The notes below the pieces were generated by a model. The model made no database searches. It saw nothing but the letters and a program-made list of their open reading frames with translations, and had not been told where the DNA came from. Of a stretch of DNA of 64,000 bases, positions 18,448 to 27,668 are shown one piece after another. This DNA comes from an uncultured Spirochaetota bacterium (lineage in GTDB: Bacteria; Spirochaetota; Spirochaetia; SZUA-6; Fen-1364): the NCBI GenBank assembly GCA_963820525.1, contig CAWGAA010000001.1:352001-416000 (forward strand), given 5' to 3'. Numbering within the stretch: the first letter of the stretch is position 1; every line of letters begins with the position of its first letter. Position numbers and translations under genes: made by a program.

Positions 18448-20567
18448 CTCTGCACGTCGAGCAGCGTGAGCTGGAGATTCTGTCCGCCGCCGTACGTGTT
18501 TCTCCCCAGCCGATAGACGACATCCACGATGTCTCCCACTTTGAAGTCGCCGGGAAACCGCGCGGCCGCGTTCCAGAACACGGCCGGCCACTTCAGCTTG
18601 CCCGCCTCGAGGAGCAGCTTCAGATGGTTGAGCTCCTTGCGGCCGATGAGGTCGCACTGGAGGATCTTCATCCCGCGCGTGAGAAAAGCGAGCGGCGGAT
18701 TTCCCTCGCCATAAGGCTCGAAGAAGTCGACGACCTTCTGTAGATCCGGTGTCAGGTAGGCGAGCGGGACCTCCGCGTCCACGAAGATGCGCTCCTCCTC
18801 CTTTGCCGGAAGCTCCATCTCCCCGATCCCCGCGAAAAAGCTCTCCAGGAAGCCGGCGAGCCCGTCCTTGAGGACGCTGAAGCCGCCTGCGAAATCGTGG
18901 CCGCCGAAATTGGCAAAAAACGCGGAGAAACGGGCGAAGAAGTCGTCGATGAAACGCTCCCGCGTGCTCCTGATCGAGCCGACCGCGGCGGCATCTCCCA
19001 CCGAAATGACGATCGCCGGCACCTTGAAGAATGTCTGGAGGCGGGAGGCCATGATCCCCGTGATGCCGCGCTGGATGCGCTGGTCCGAGACGAGCACGCA
19101 GCGGCCCCCCGTGCGCTCGAAGCTCTCCCGTGCCTGGTCGATCATGATGCCCCAGGTCGCCTCCCCCATGCTCTTCCTGCGGCTGTCCAGGGCGAAGAGG
19201 TGGTCGACGAGCTGCTCCGTCTCCTCCTCCGTCTCGGAAAGAAACAGCTGGGTGGCCTTGCCCGGCTCCCCCATCCTGCCCGCCGAGTTGAGGAGGGGCG
19301 CGATCTGCCAGGCGATCTCTGTTGTGCCGATCCTTTTCCCCAAGAGGTCTTTCCTGAGAAAGATCTGGCGGAGGCCGCTCCTCTCGAACCTGCGAAGAGC
19401 CGAGAGGCCCTGCTTGACCAGTATCCTGTTCTCATTGGCCAGCGGCATCAGGTCCGCCAGCGTACCGAGGGTGACCAGGTCCATCCGCTTGTAGGCGGGC
19501 TCGAGCAGGGCCTTCTCCCGGGCGAGAACGAGCCGGCAGAACAGCTCCTTGAGGGTGTCGATTTCCCCGGCAGGGCGATCGGCGTAGCGAAGATCGCTTG
19601 AGGCCTCCTGGATCTTGAGGAGGCTCTTCCCCGAGAGCCCGGGGAGAAACTGGCGGACAAGGGGAGCGAGGTCGGAGAGGGCAACCTCCACCTCGGCGCC
19701 GAACGCTTGTTTGAGCAGGCGCGCCTGTACCGCTGCGTCGTAGGCGAGCACCTCCCCGCTTCCCTCCGGGGCCGCCAGAAAAGAGGCGAGACGCGTCTTT
19801 TCCAAGGAGACCATTCCCGGCACGATGTTCTCCGCGATCCTCTCCGTCTCCACGAGGTTGACGAGGCGCACGGCTTCAACGACGAGGGTCTCGTTCGCCG
19901 GGCGGGCGTTCAAAAGGCAGATGGGGACGTCGAAGAAGGCGGTGCGTGAGAAGCGCAGCGCCCATTCCACCTTGGAGGTCACGGCGCAGCCGCACAAGTC
20001 GCGGAATGGATACACGGAGCCCGGGAGCTTCGGGTTCACGATGGCGCACGCGTTGGGAAGCTCCGCCGGCGGGTTGTGGTGGTCGATGACGATGGTTTCG
20101 ATTCCGAGGCTCGACGCCAGGTCGATCTCGGCGGAGTTGGAAACGCCGCAATCGACGGTGATGAGAAGCCCCACCCCTGATTCCACTGCTTTCTCAATGA
20201 CCTTTCGCGTGAGGCCGTAGGAATCCTCCCCCTCGGGGAGCATCCACTGCACATCGGCCTCCATCTCTTTGAGGATCTCGAAGAGAAGCACGGTGGCCGT
20301 GATGCCGTCGACATCCCGATCCCCGAAGATGAGGATCTTCTCGCCGCTGTCCGCGGCCGCGTTGATCCGCTCCACGGCAACGGTCATGGAGCTCATGAGA
20401 AAGGGGTTGTGCAGGTAGCGCACATCGCTTTCCAGGAAGAAGAGCAGCGCCGATGGAGAGGTGACCGATCTGCGAGAGAGGATGGTGGCGGTGAGCAGGT
20501 CCACCCCGTAGCGGCGGGACAGCTCCTTCACCGCCTGAGGCTCCACGTCCTTTTTTTGCCACTTCAT
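18444..20567 (-). CDS. recJ: Single-stranded DNA exonuclease RecJ with an internal insertion
   Basis: GDRDVDG, ITVDCG, IDHH, TLADLMPL, APLLNSAGR, GGH, EPYGEGNP. Confidence 0.93.
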   Translation of the reverse strand: MKWQKKDVEPQAVKELSRRYGVDLLTATILSRRSVTSPSALLFFLESDVRYLHNPFLMSSMTVAVERINAAADSGEKILIFGDRDVDGITATVLLFEILKEMEADVQWMLPEGEDSYGLTRKVIEKAVESGVGLLITVDCGVSNSAEIDLASSLGIETIVIDHHNPPAELPNACAIVNPKLPGSVYPFRDLCGCAVTSKVEWALRFSRTAFFDVPICLLNARPANETLVVEAVRLVNLVETERIAENIVPGMVSLEKTRLASFLAAPEGSGEVLAYDAAVQARLLKQAFGAEVEVALSDLAPLVRQFLPGLSGKSLLKIQEASSDLRYADRPAGEIDTLKELFCRLVLAREKALLEPAYKRMDLVTLGTLADLMPLANENRILVKQGLSALRRFERSGLRQIFLRKDLLGKRIGTTEIAWQIAPLLNSAGRMGEPGKATQLFLSETEEETEQLVDHLFALDSRRKSMGEATWGIMIDQARESFERTGGRCVLVSDQRIQRGITGIMASRLQTFFKVPAIVISVGDAAAVGSIRSTRERFIDDFFARFSAFFANFGGHDFAGGFSVLKDGLAGFLESFFAGIGEMELPAKEEERIFVDAEVPLAYLTPDLQKVVDFFEPYGEGNPPLAFLTRGMKILQCDLIGRKELNHLKLLLEAGKLKWPAVFWNAAARFPGDFKVGDIVDVVYRLGRNTYGGGQNLQLTLLDVQR

Positions 20568-21874
20568 TCGCCGGAAATCTCCTCACGCACGAGCGGGGTT
20601 TTCGGGGACAGCCGTTCGCCGAGCTCCCACGCGGAGGCGCACATCCCCATGGCCTCGCGCACCCGGGATTCATCATCTCCATGCAGGAGGGCAAGCTCTT
20701 CGCCCCGGCGAACGCGGTCTCCCTGGACCTTGAGCAGGGTAATGCCAACCCCGGGAAGAACGGCGTCTTCCTTGCGGGATCTTCCGGCGCCCAGGACCAC
20801 GGAAGCGACGCCGACCTTGTACGCATCCACACGGCCGACGAAGCCTTCCCCCTCAGAGGTGAGCGGCCGGATGATCCGCGCCCGCGGGCCCTTGGCCGTA
20901 TTCATCACGCATTCGGTATCGCCGCCCTGGAACTCGACGTTGTCGAGAAACTTCTTCCAGGCGCTGCCGTCCGAGAGTTTTCCGCGCGCCATCTCCTCCC
21001 CATCCGGCAGGCGGGCGCATACGCCGCCGAGAACGAGCATCCACGCGGCGAGCCGTATCGTGAGATCGGTGAGGTCCCGCGGCCCCTTGCCCGTGAGGCA
21101 GTCGACGCTCTCCTCCACCTCCAGGAAGTTGCCGATCTTCCGGCCCAGCGGCTGGTCCATATCCGTGATAACGGCCGTCACCCCGCGGCCGAGGCTCCTG
21201 CCCGTGCGCACCAGGGACTCCGCCAGGGCGCGGGCCTCCTCGATGCCCTTCATGAAGGCTCCGGAGCCGGATTTCACGTCGAAGACCAGCGACTGCGCCC
21301 CTTCGGCGAACTTCTTGGACATGATGCTTGCCGTGATGAGCGGGATGGACTCGACGGTGCCCGTCACGTCCCGCAGGGCGTACATCTTCCTGTCTGCCGG
21401 GACGACAGACTCACTCTGGCCGATCATCGCGAAGCCGACGTCGAGCAGGCCCCGGATGAACCTTTCCCGGGGGAGGTCCGTTCTGTATCCGGGGATCGAT
21501 TCGAGCTTGTCCAGGGTTCCCCCGGTGTGGCCCAGAGATCGGCCGCTCATCATCGGAACGCGGATCCCGCAGGCCGCGGCGAGCGGGGCGAGGATGAGGG
21601 AGACCTTGTCACCCACCCCTCCCGTGGAATGCTTGTCGACAAGGGGACCGGGAACCCCCGACAGGTCGATCACCTCCCCCGAGCGGATCATCGCCTGCGT
21701 GAGGCCGGCTGTCTCCGGGAAGCTCATTCCGCGCCAGAGGATGGCCATGAGCAGGGCGGAAACCTGGTAGTCGGGGATGGCTCCGCGAACGTACCCGTCC
21801 ACCAGGAAGTCGATCTCTTCAGGGGAAAAGCTCGCCCCGTCGCGCTTTTTCACGATCAAGTCGACCGCCCTCAT
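20564..21874 (-). CDS. pdp: Pyrimidine-nucleoside/thymidine phosphorylase
   Basis: DKHSTGGVGDK, SGRSLGHTGGTLDKLESIPG, YALRDVTGTV, SIMSKK. Confidence 0.93.
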   Translation of the reverse strand: MRAVDLIVKKRDGASFSPEEIDFLVDGYVRGAIPDYQVSALLMAILWRGMSFPETAGLTQAMIRSGEVIDLSGVPGPLVDKHSTGGVGDKVSLILAPLAAACGIRVPMMSGRSLGHTGGTLDKLESIPGYRTDLPRERFIRGLLDVGFAMIGQSESVVPADRKMYALRDVTGTVESIPLITASIMSKKFAEGAQSLVFDVKSGSGAFMKGIEEARALAESLVRTGRSLGRGVTAVITDMDQPLGRKIGNFLEVEESVDCLTGKGPRDLTDLTIRLAAWMLVLGGVCARLPDGEEMARGKLSDGSAWKKFLDNVEFQGGDTECVMNTAKGPRARIIRPLTSEGEGFVGRVDAYKVGVASVVLGAGRSRKEDAVLPGVGITLLKVQGDRVRRGEELALLHGDDESRVREAMGMCASAWELGERLSPKTPLVREEISGE

Positions 21875-22428
21875 TTTCCCCCCTCCGTGAAAGATACGCG
21901 CGAGAGCGGCTCGTACTCGGCCCCGCCCGGCTTGAGGATCGATCTGAAAAGGACCAGCTCCTGGAACGCGAACTCGACGCCCGGCAGCGCGAGCTTCCGC
22001 ATCCAATCCCCGTCAATCCGCGCGCCGGGGTTCCGAGCGAGGGTGAGGTGGGGATGAAATCCGCGGGGATCTTCCCGGTACCCCAGCCGGGAAATCTTGG
22101 ACTGGAAGAGGGTATTGTAGCGGACAAGCTCCTCGGCCCCTTTCTCGACCGCGAGCCAGACCACTCGCGGGCTTCCCTTCTCGGGAAATTGGCCCAGGGC
22201 GCCGAAGGAGGCCGGTATGACGGACCGCACGAGATCGGGGTCCTTCATTGTTTCCCGGATATCCTGCACAGCCTCGTCAGGGAGCTCTCCGAAGAAATGA
22301 AGGGTGAGGTGGATTCCCGCGCTCTTGACGTAGCGCAATCTCGCTTCGCGCCTTCGAAGCTCCGCTATCACGGTCTCCACGGCGAGCAGGGCCGGTCTTG
22401 GCAGGGGCAGTGCGGCGAATACCCTCAT
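21871..22428 (-). CDS. thpR: RNA 2',3'-cyclic phosphodiesterase (2H family, LigT/ThpR)
   Basis: Two HxT motifs (IHLTLHF, FHPHLTL); PRVVW. Confidence 0.92.
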   Translation of the reverse strand: MRVFAALPLPRPALLAVETVIAELRRREARLRYVKSAGIHLTLHFFGELPDEAVQDIRETMKDPDLVRSVIPASFGALGQFPEKGSPRVVWLAVEKGAEELVRYNTLFQSKISRLGYREDPRGFHPHLTLARNPGARIDGDWMRKLALPGVEFAFQELVLFRSILKPGGAEYEPLSRVSFTEGGK

Positions 22429-23180
22429 CGTGAGGCTCCCAGGAATCGAAGGGATTTCGGCTCGCCCTCGAGAACCGCTCTGATCGCCTGGAACAGGAAC
22501 TCTTGGAGATGCTTGAGGGACTGCAGGTCCAGCCGTATCTTCATGGCCTGCTCCAGGGGGAGGGCTTCCGTGGCCTGCAGGAACCGAAGCGCCCCTGCAG
22601 TCAGCGGCAGGGAAGTGGACAGGCTGCAGGAGCGGCAGAGGAGCGCATTGGCGGACGACTCGTAGAATGCCGGGTCCTCAGCCGAGAAGCGCTTCCCGCA
22701 CTTGTCGCAGGTCGAGATATCGGGCTGGTAGCCCGAGAGGGCGAGAAACCGCCACAGGAACTGGTCCGTGACATAGGGCTCCTCTTCGGGGCTGGAGGCA
22801 TCCAGAAGCCGCAGGCAGCCGATGAAGAGGCGGAAAAGCGTGTTGGAGGTTTCTCCGGCGCCGTAGGATTTCAAGACCACCTCGGCCCAGAGGGAGGCGG
22901 CGGAGAGCCGGGGGAGGTCCCGGTGAAGCCTGTCGAAGCTCTCCCGGACCTCCAGGTCCGTGATCTTGTAGCTCCTCTTCACCGGGTTGTGATACAGGAC
23001 GGCGCGGGAGTAAATGAACGGCTCGCTCGCCATGCGGATGCGGCTCTGCATCTTGAAGGCGCCGTAGGCGGCCGCCGTGATGAGCCCCAGATCCGAGGTG
23101 AGGAGGTGCAGGTTCTTGTGATACTCGCCCATCCGATCCCTTCGGATGACGATTGCCTCTGTCGTGATGCTTCGAAACAT
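22425..23180 (-). CDS. recO: DNA repair protein RecO
   Basis: MFRSITTEAIVIRR OB-fold start; GYQPDISTCDKCG...LLCRSC Zn finger. Confidence 0.9.
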   Translation of the reverse strand: MFRSITTEAIVIRRDRMGEYHKNLHLLTSDLGLITAAAYGAFKMQSRIRMASEPFIYSRAVLYHNPVKRSYKITDLEVRESFDRLHRDLPRLSAASLWAEVVLKSYGAGETSNTLFRLFIGCLRLLDASSPEEEPYVTDQFLWRFLALSGYQPDISTCDKCGKRFSAEDPAFYESSANALLCRSCSLSTSLPLTAGALRFLQATEALPLEQAMKIRLDLQSLKHLQEFLFQAIRAVLEGEPKSLRFLGASR

Positions 23181-23199
23181 TCTCCAGCCGCTCTGACCC

Positions 23200-23228
23200 A
23201 TCATAGTGAAGAAGGGGCCGAGTGGCAA
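23200..23228 (-). promoter_or_regulatory. Putative promoter of the recO-thpR-pdp-recJ-M23 operon
   Basis: TTGCCA-N17-TATGAT on the minus strand. Confidence 0.6.
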
Positions 23229-23249
23229 CCGAAGCTGCCCGCGCGCGGC

Positions 23250-23278
23250 TTGACTCGGCCGAGGAGATTCCTTACTTT
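23250..23278 (+). promoter_or_regulatory. Putative lon promoter
   Basis: TTGACT-N17-TACTTT. Confidence 0.5.
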
Positions 23279-23321
23279 CAAAAAAACAGTAGCGCGCCGA
23301 CAGAGAACCAGGAGAAGCTTC

Positions 23322-25661
23322 ATGAGCGATCATCACATCGTACCCGCCGATCAGATTCTGCCCGTCCGCCTGCTGATTGTTGCTCTGCGGGGAAAGCCCA
23401 TCTATCCCGGCATCCTCACCCCGCTGATGCTTCCCTCCCAGAGCGACGCCGACGTCGTGGAGAAGTCCATCCAGGGCGACAGCTTCATCGGGCTGGTGCT
23501 CACGAAAAAGGAGGATGTCGACAATCCCGCGGCCGAAGACCTGTTCACGATCGGGACGGCGGCCAAGATCGTGCGAAAGATCAACCTCCCCGACGGCGGG
23601 GTCAACATCTTCATCTCGACGGTAAAGAGGTTCGAGATAAAAAGAGTGCTCAAGGGGCAGGATCCCATCAGCGTTGCCGTCCAGTACATCGAGGACGAGA
23701 ACACCGACACCCCTGAGGTGAAGGCCCTCACCCGGGCGCTCCTGAGCGAGATGAAGCAGGTCTCCGAGGGCAATCCCCTGTTCTCCGAGGAGATGCGCCT
23801 GTCCATGGTGAACATCGACAACCCAGGAAAGATCGCGGATTTCATCACCTCGATCCTCAACATCGACCGGGCCGAGCAGCAGAAGATTCTCGAAGAGCCG
23901 AACGTCCAGACCCGCATGGAGCATGTCCTGATCTTCATCAAGAAGGAGCAGGAGCTTCTCAAGATCCAGAAGAAAATCCAGGAGCAGCTCAACGAGAAGA
24001 TCACCAAGAGCCAGAGGGATTACTTCCTCAAGGAAGAGCTGAAGGCCATCAAGCAGGAGCTGGGCATGGCGGTGGACGCCAAGTCAAGCGATTACCAGCG
24101 GTTCAAGGAAGCCGTGGAGAAGCTCAACCTCCAGGGGGAGGTGAAGGAGCAGGTGGAGCAGGAGCTGGAGAAGTTCTCCCTCATGGACGCCAACTCGCCC
24201 GAGTTCACCGTCACGCGCAACTACCTGGAAACCATCGTCGCCCTTCCGTGGAACGACGAATCCGCGGAGAGGGTCGATATCGAAAAGGCCAAGGCCATCC
24301 TCGACGAGGACCATTACGGCCTGGAGGACGTGAAGGAGCGGATCCTCGAATACATTTCCGTGCGGAAGCTCAAACAGGACACCAAGGGGTCCATCCTCTG
24401 TCTTGTGGGCCCGCCGGGAGTGGGAAAGACGTCCGTGGGCAAGTCCATCGCGCGCGCCCTGGGCCGGCAGTTCTTCCGCTTTTCCGTGGGGGGCATGCGG
24501 GACGAGGCCGAGATCAAGGGCCACCGCCGAACGTACATCGGCGCGATGCCCGGAAAGATCATCCAGGGCCTGAAGATCGTCAAGAAGCGGAATCCCGTCT
24601 ACATGATCGACGAGATCGACAAGCTGGGCGTCTCCTTTCAGGGAGACCCCTCCTCGGCGCTCCTGGAGGTTTTGGACCCCGAGCAGAACGTGGCATTCCG
24701 CGACCACTACCTCGATCTTCCCTTCGACATCTCCCACATCCTCTTCATCACCACGGCCAACACGCTGGACAGCATCCCCGCTCCGCTTCTGGACAGGATG
24801 GAGGTGATCAGGCTCTCCGGCTACATCGAAGCCGAAAAAGTGGCGATTGCGCGCAAGTACCTCATCCCCCGGTCCCTGGAGCGCACCGGAATCCAGAAGA
24901 ACGGGGTAAAGTACGACAATGGAGCCCTCCTCGCCATCTCCGAAGGATACGCGCGCGAGGCCGGGCTTCGCAACTTCGAGAAGGCGCTGGACAAGATCCA
25001 CAGAAAGATCGCCAGAAAGTCTCTTCTCGGCGGGGTGAAGCTTCCCGTTTCTCTCAAGAAAGCCGACCTCGAGGAATACCTGGGAAAGCCCGTGTTCCTT
25101 GACGAGGAGATGGTGAGCGAGCTTACCCCCGGAATGGCGTTGGGGCTCGCATGGACCCCGCTCGGCGGCGCCGTGCTCACGATCGAGGCCGTGGCCAACC
25201 CGGGAAAGGAAGGTTTCCGCCTCACCGGGAAGCTGGGCGAGGTGATGCAGGAATCGGCAAACATCGCTTACTCCTACGTGCGGCACGTCGCGTGCAAGTT
25301 CGGCGTGAAGGAGGACTACTGGGAGAAGAACATCATCCACCTCCACGTCCCGGCAGGGGCCACTCCCAAGGACGGGCCTTCGGCGGGGATAACCCTCGCT
25401 TCAGCCCTCCTCTCGCTGGCCACGGGCAAGAAGATCAAGAAGTGGCTCGCCATGACTGGGGAGCTTTCACTTGTAGGAAGGGTCCTGCCTATCGGCGGCT
25501 TGAAGGAGAAGGTCATCGCGGCCCGCAGAAACCGCGTCAAGCAGATCATCATCCCCGAGGGGAACAAGCGGGACATGGAGGAGATCCCCGAGCACGTTCG
25601 GGAGGGAATCACCTTCCACCTCGTCTCATCCATGGACGAGGTCATCGAAAAGATATTCTGA
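23322..25661 (+). CDS. lon: ATP-dependent Lon protease
   Basis: GPPGVGKTS, GHRRTYIGAMPG, IDEIDK, PKDGPSAG (catalytic Ser), GGLKEK (catalytic Lys); SD GGAG before ATG 23322. Confidence 0.98.
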   Translation: MSDHHIVPADQILPVRLLIVALRGKPIYPGILTPLMLPSQSDADVVEKSIQGDSFIGLVLTKKEDVDNPAAEDLFTIGTAAKIVRKINLPDGGVNIFISTVKRFEIKRVLKGQDPISVAVQYIEDENTDTPEVKALTRALLSEMKQVSEGNPLFSEEMRLSMVNIDNPGKIADFITSILNIDRAEQQKILEEPNVQTRMEHVLIFIKKEQELLKIQKKIQEQLNEKITKSQRDYFLKEELKAIKQELGMAVDAKSSDYQRFKEAVEKLNLQGEVKEQVEQELEKFSLMDANSPEFTVTRNYLETIVALPWNDESAERVDIEKAKAILDEDHYGLEDVKERILEYISVRKLKQDTKGSILCLVGPPGVGKTSVGKSIARALGRQFFRFSVGGMRDEAEIKGHRRTYIGAMPGKIIQGLKIVKKRNPVYMIDEIDKLGVSFQGDPSSALLEVLDPEQNVAFRDHYLDLPFDISHILFITTANTLDSIPAPLLDRMEVIRLSGYIEAEKVAIARKYLIPRSLERTGIQKNGVKYDNGALLAISEGYAREAGLRNFEKALDKIHRKIARKSLLGGVKLPVSLKKADLEEYLGKPVFLDEEMVSELTPGMALGLAWTPLGGAVLTIEAVANPGKEGFRLTGKLGEVMQESANIAYSYVRHVACKFGVKEDYWEKNIIHLHVPAGATPKDGPSAGITLASALLSLATGKKIKKWLAMTGELSLVGRVLPIGGLKEKVIAARRNRVKQIIIPEGNKRDMEEIPEHVREGITFHLVSSMDEVIEKIF

Positions 25662-26449
25662 TGGCCGTTCTGCTTGCAGCCCTGTTGTTCTTCAGCGTGG
25701 CATCAAGCGGCTGGGCGCGCGGGGAAACCGACATCGACCCGGCGTTCGCGCTCTCGAAAAGCGAGCTCGAATCCGCGGCATCACGGCTCCCCCCCGCCGT
25801 CAAGGAGCGGATCCTTGAAAACCCCAAGGGCTTCCTCGAACTCTTGGCGAAAACCCTTGAGGAGCCTCAGGACCTCCTGACTCTGGTTGACAAGGCGCAT
25901 GCCCTGCCGTCGGACAGCGCGCCGCCTGACCTCGTTCCCCTGTCAGGGTATTCCCTTTCCGTCACCAAGAAAGGACTCTCCCTGCGCAGGATTCTCCTGC
26001 CCGACCTCCTGGATATGGCAAAAACCGCGAAGACACAGGGAATCACCCTCCCTCTGTCGTCGACCTACCGTTCCTATGAATACCAGGTGGAGCTGTATCA
26101 GAGCGCCCTCAAAACGCAGACACGGGAGCAGGTAGAGCGGGAGCTCGCTCCCCCGGGCCACTCCCAGCACCAGCTCGGAACCGTGATCGATTTCGGCTCG
26201 ATCGATGCGGCCTTCGCGAAAACAGCGGCAGGCATGTGGCTCTTCGTCAACGCATGGCGGTTCGGCTTCACCCTGTCCTATCCGGAAGGGAAGGAAGAGG
26301 AGACGGGATACTCCTCTGAGCCCTGGCACTACCGCTACGTGGGAAAGAGCGCGGCAGCGATCATCCATCGGTATTTCGCCGACAGCCAGCAGGAGTTCCT
26401 CGTCTTCTATGAGGAGTCTCACGGTTTCTTCGAAGGAAAAAGGCGGTAG
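25661..26449 (+). CDS. M15B (VanY/LdcB-like) D-Ala-D-Ala carboxypeptidase
   Basis: Signal peptide; STYRSYEYQ, APPGHSQHQLGTVIDF, EPWHYRYVG; ATG overlaps the lon stop. Confidence 0.88.
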   Translation: MAVLLAALLFFSVASSGWARGETDIDPAFALSKSELESAASRLPPAVKERILENPKGFLELLAKTLEEPQDLLTLVDKAHALPSDSAPPDLVPLSGYSLSVTKKGLSLRRILLPDLLDMAKTAKTQGITLPLSSTYRSYEYQVELYQSALKTQTREQVERELAPPGHSQHQLGTVIDFGSIDAAFAKTAAGMWLFVNAWRFGFTLSYPEGKEEETGYSSEPWHYRYVGKSAAAIIHRYFADSQQEFLVFYEESHGFFEGKRR

Positions 26450-26477
26450 CCGGGAAGGGCAAGAGCGATCCCCGCCC

Positions 26478-27050
26478 TCACGGCTGCTCCAACTCCTGAG
26501 GGCTGATCTCCAGTGCCCCCTGCCTTGTGACCCGAAACGGGCGGAAAGTCGCGTCAACGATGGTCGAGGGCCGGCTCCCGGGAAGATCTCCCGCGTCGAC
26601 GATGAGGTCCACGTCGCGCTCGAACTCGCTTGCTATTTCTTTAATCCTCCAGAGAGGAGGGTTGCCCGCCCTGTTGACGCTCGTCGAGTAGATGGGCCTG
26701 TCGAGGCCGCTGATCAGGTCCCTGAGAAACGGAGAATCGGGCACCCGCAGCGCCACGGTTTTCGAGGCATACGCGGGGATAATGATGGTGAGCGGTCCGG
26801 GCCAATGGCCCGCCAGGGCCGCCGGGATGCTGAAATCCGATACACGGGAAACCCACGAGGCATCGGGAATCAGCTGGAGAAAAGGCTTGTCTTCCCCCCT
26901 CCCCTTCACCTGGAGGATACGGTCCTCGGATCCGGGTGCTGTGCCGACGATCCCATACATCGTATCGCAGGGGATGATGGCAACCCCTCCGCCCCTCAGA
27001 AACCGGGAAAGCTCCTGGAGCAGCTCAGGAGCGCCTGCGGTGATGATCAC
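26478..27050 (-). CDS. tsaC: L-threonylcarbamoyladenylate synthase (TsaC/YrdC family)
   Basis: PCDTMYGI, KGR, WPGPLTII, ALRVP, STSVNRAG, PSTIVD. Confidence 0.85.
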   Translation of the reverse strand: MIITAGAPELLQELSRFLRGGGVAIIPCDTMYGIVGTAPGSEDRILQVKGRGEDKPFLQLIPDASWVSRVSDFSIPAALAGHWPGPLTIIIPAYASKTVALRVPDSPFLRDLISGLDRPIYSTSVNRAGNPPLWRIKEIASEFERDVDLIVDAGDLPGSRPSTIVDATFRPFRVTRQGALEISPQELEQP

Positions 27051-27480
27051 GATTGCCCCGTTTATTGAAGAGAACGTGCAGGACCAGGAAAAGGGCGGCG
27101 AGCAGGCTCGTCACGCCTGCTCCTACAGTTTTCATCGTCGCGCCCCTGCCTTCCCGCTGCCGGGGGAATCTCAAGAGGTTGCCCACCTGGTAGGAAACCC
27201 GGGGAGCGAGCCCCCCTTCGAGTTTGACAACCCGGTCTCCATCCTTGAACAGGCCCAGCTCGCGGGCCAGGACCTCGATCCGATTCGGGTCTCCCTTGAG
27301 GTTCTCCAGGTCATCGGTGAGCCTGCCGTTGAGGTCCGTGAGGGTGTCGACATTCGCCGAGAGGCGGTTCCGATAGGCCTCCAGCGCACGATATGCCGTG
27401 ACCCCGGAGTCTCCGAAAAACAACACCGCGAGAGATGCCGCGATAAACCCTATGAAGCAGAGCAACAGGAGCCTGCGCAT
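27025..27480 (-). CDS. Septum formation initiator (DivIC/FtsB family)
   Basis: TM, FGDSG, coiled coil, IEVLARELGL; extra C-terminal TM. Confidence 0.8.
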   Translation of the reverse strand: MRRLLLLCFIGFIAASLAVLFFGDSGVTAYRALEAYRNRLSANVDTLTDLNGRLTDDLENLKGDPNRIEVLARELGLFKDGDRVVKLEGGLAPRVSYQVGNLLRFPRQREGRGATMKTVGAGVTSLLAALFLVLHVLFNKRGNRDHHRRRS

Positions 27481-27540
27481 GGTCTTCACCAAACATGAAC
27501 GGCGAATCGGGCGTTTTCATTGAGGGAAAACTCCCTTCTA

Positions 27541-27570
27541 TTGACAACGGGAAAAGCCTGGGGGTACAGT
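27541..27570 (+). promoter_or_regulatory. sigma70 promoter of the acidic-protein operon
   Basis: TTGACA-N18-TACAGT, about 100 nt upstream of ATG 27669. Confidence 0.6.
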
Positions 27571-27668
27571 TGATGGGGTCACGGCGATACGTAGAGAATA
27601 CGATGAAAGTGGGGAGAGTGATCTGCCGATAATGAGGATAACGCAAAGCGTATCCTCAGGAGAGTACA

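Noticed and set aside
22503..23321. 273-aa N-terminal extension of Lon in the ORF track
   Set aside because: It is the antisense of recO; an SD and a promoter support ATG 23322
27576..27660. c-di-GMP-I riboswitch look-alike (GGTCACG, GAAAGTGGGG, ACGCAAAGC)
   Set aside because: No GGCAAACC P2 start, GGGA and CGCAAAGC are about 25 nt apart instead of adjacent, and no room for P3 before the SD; kept only as a generic structured leader
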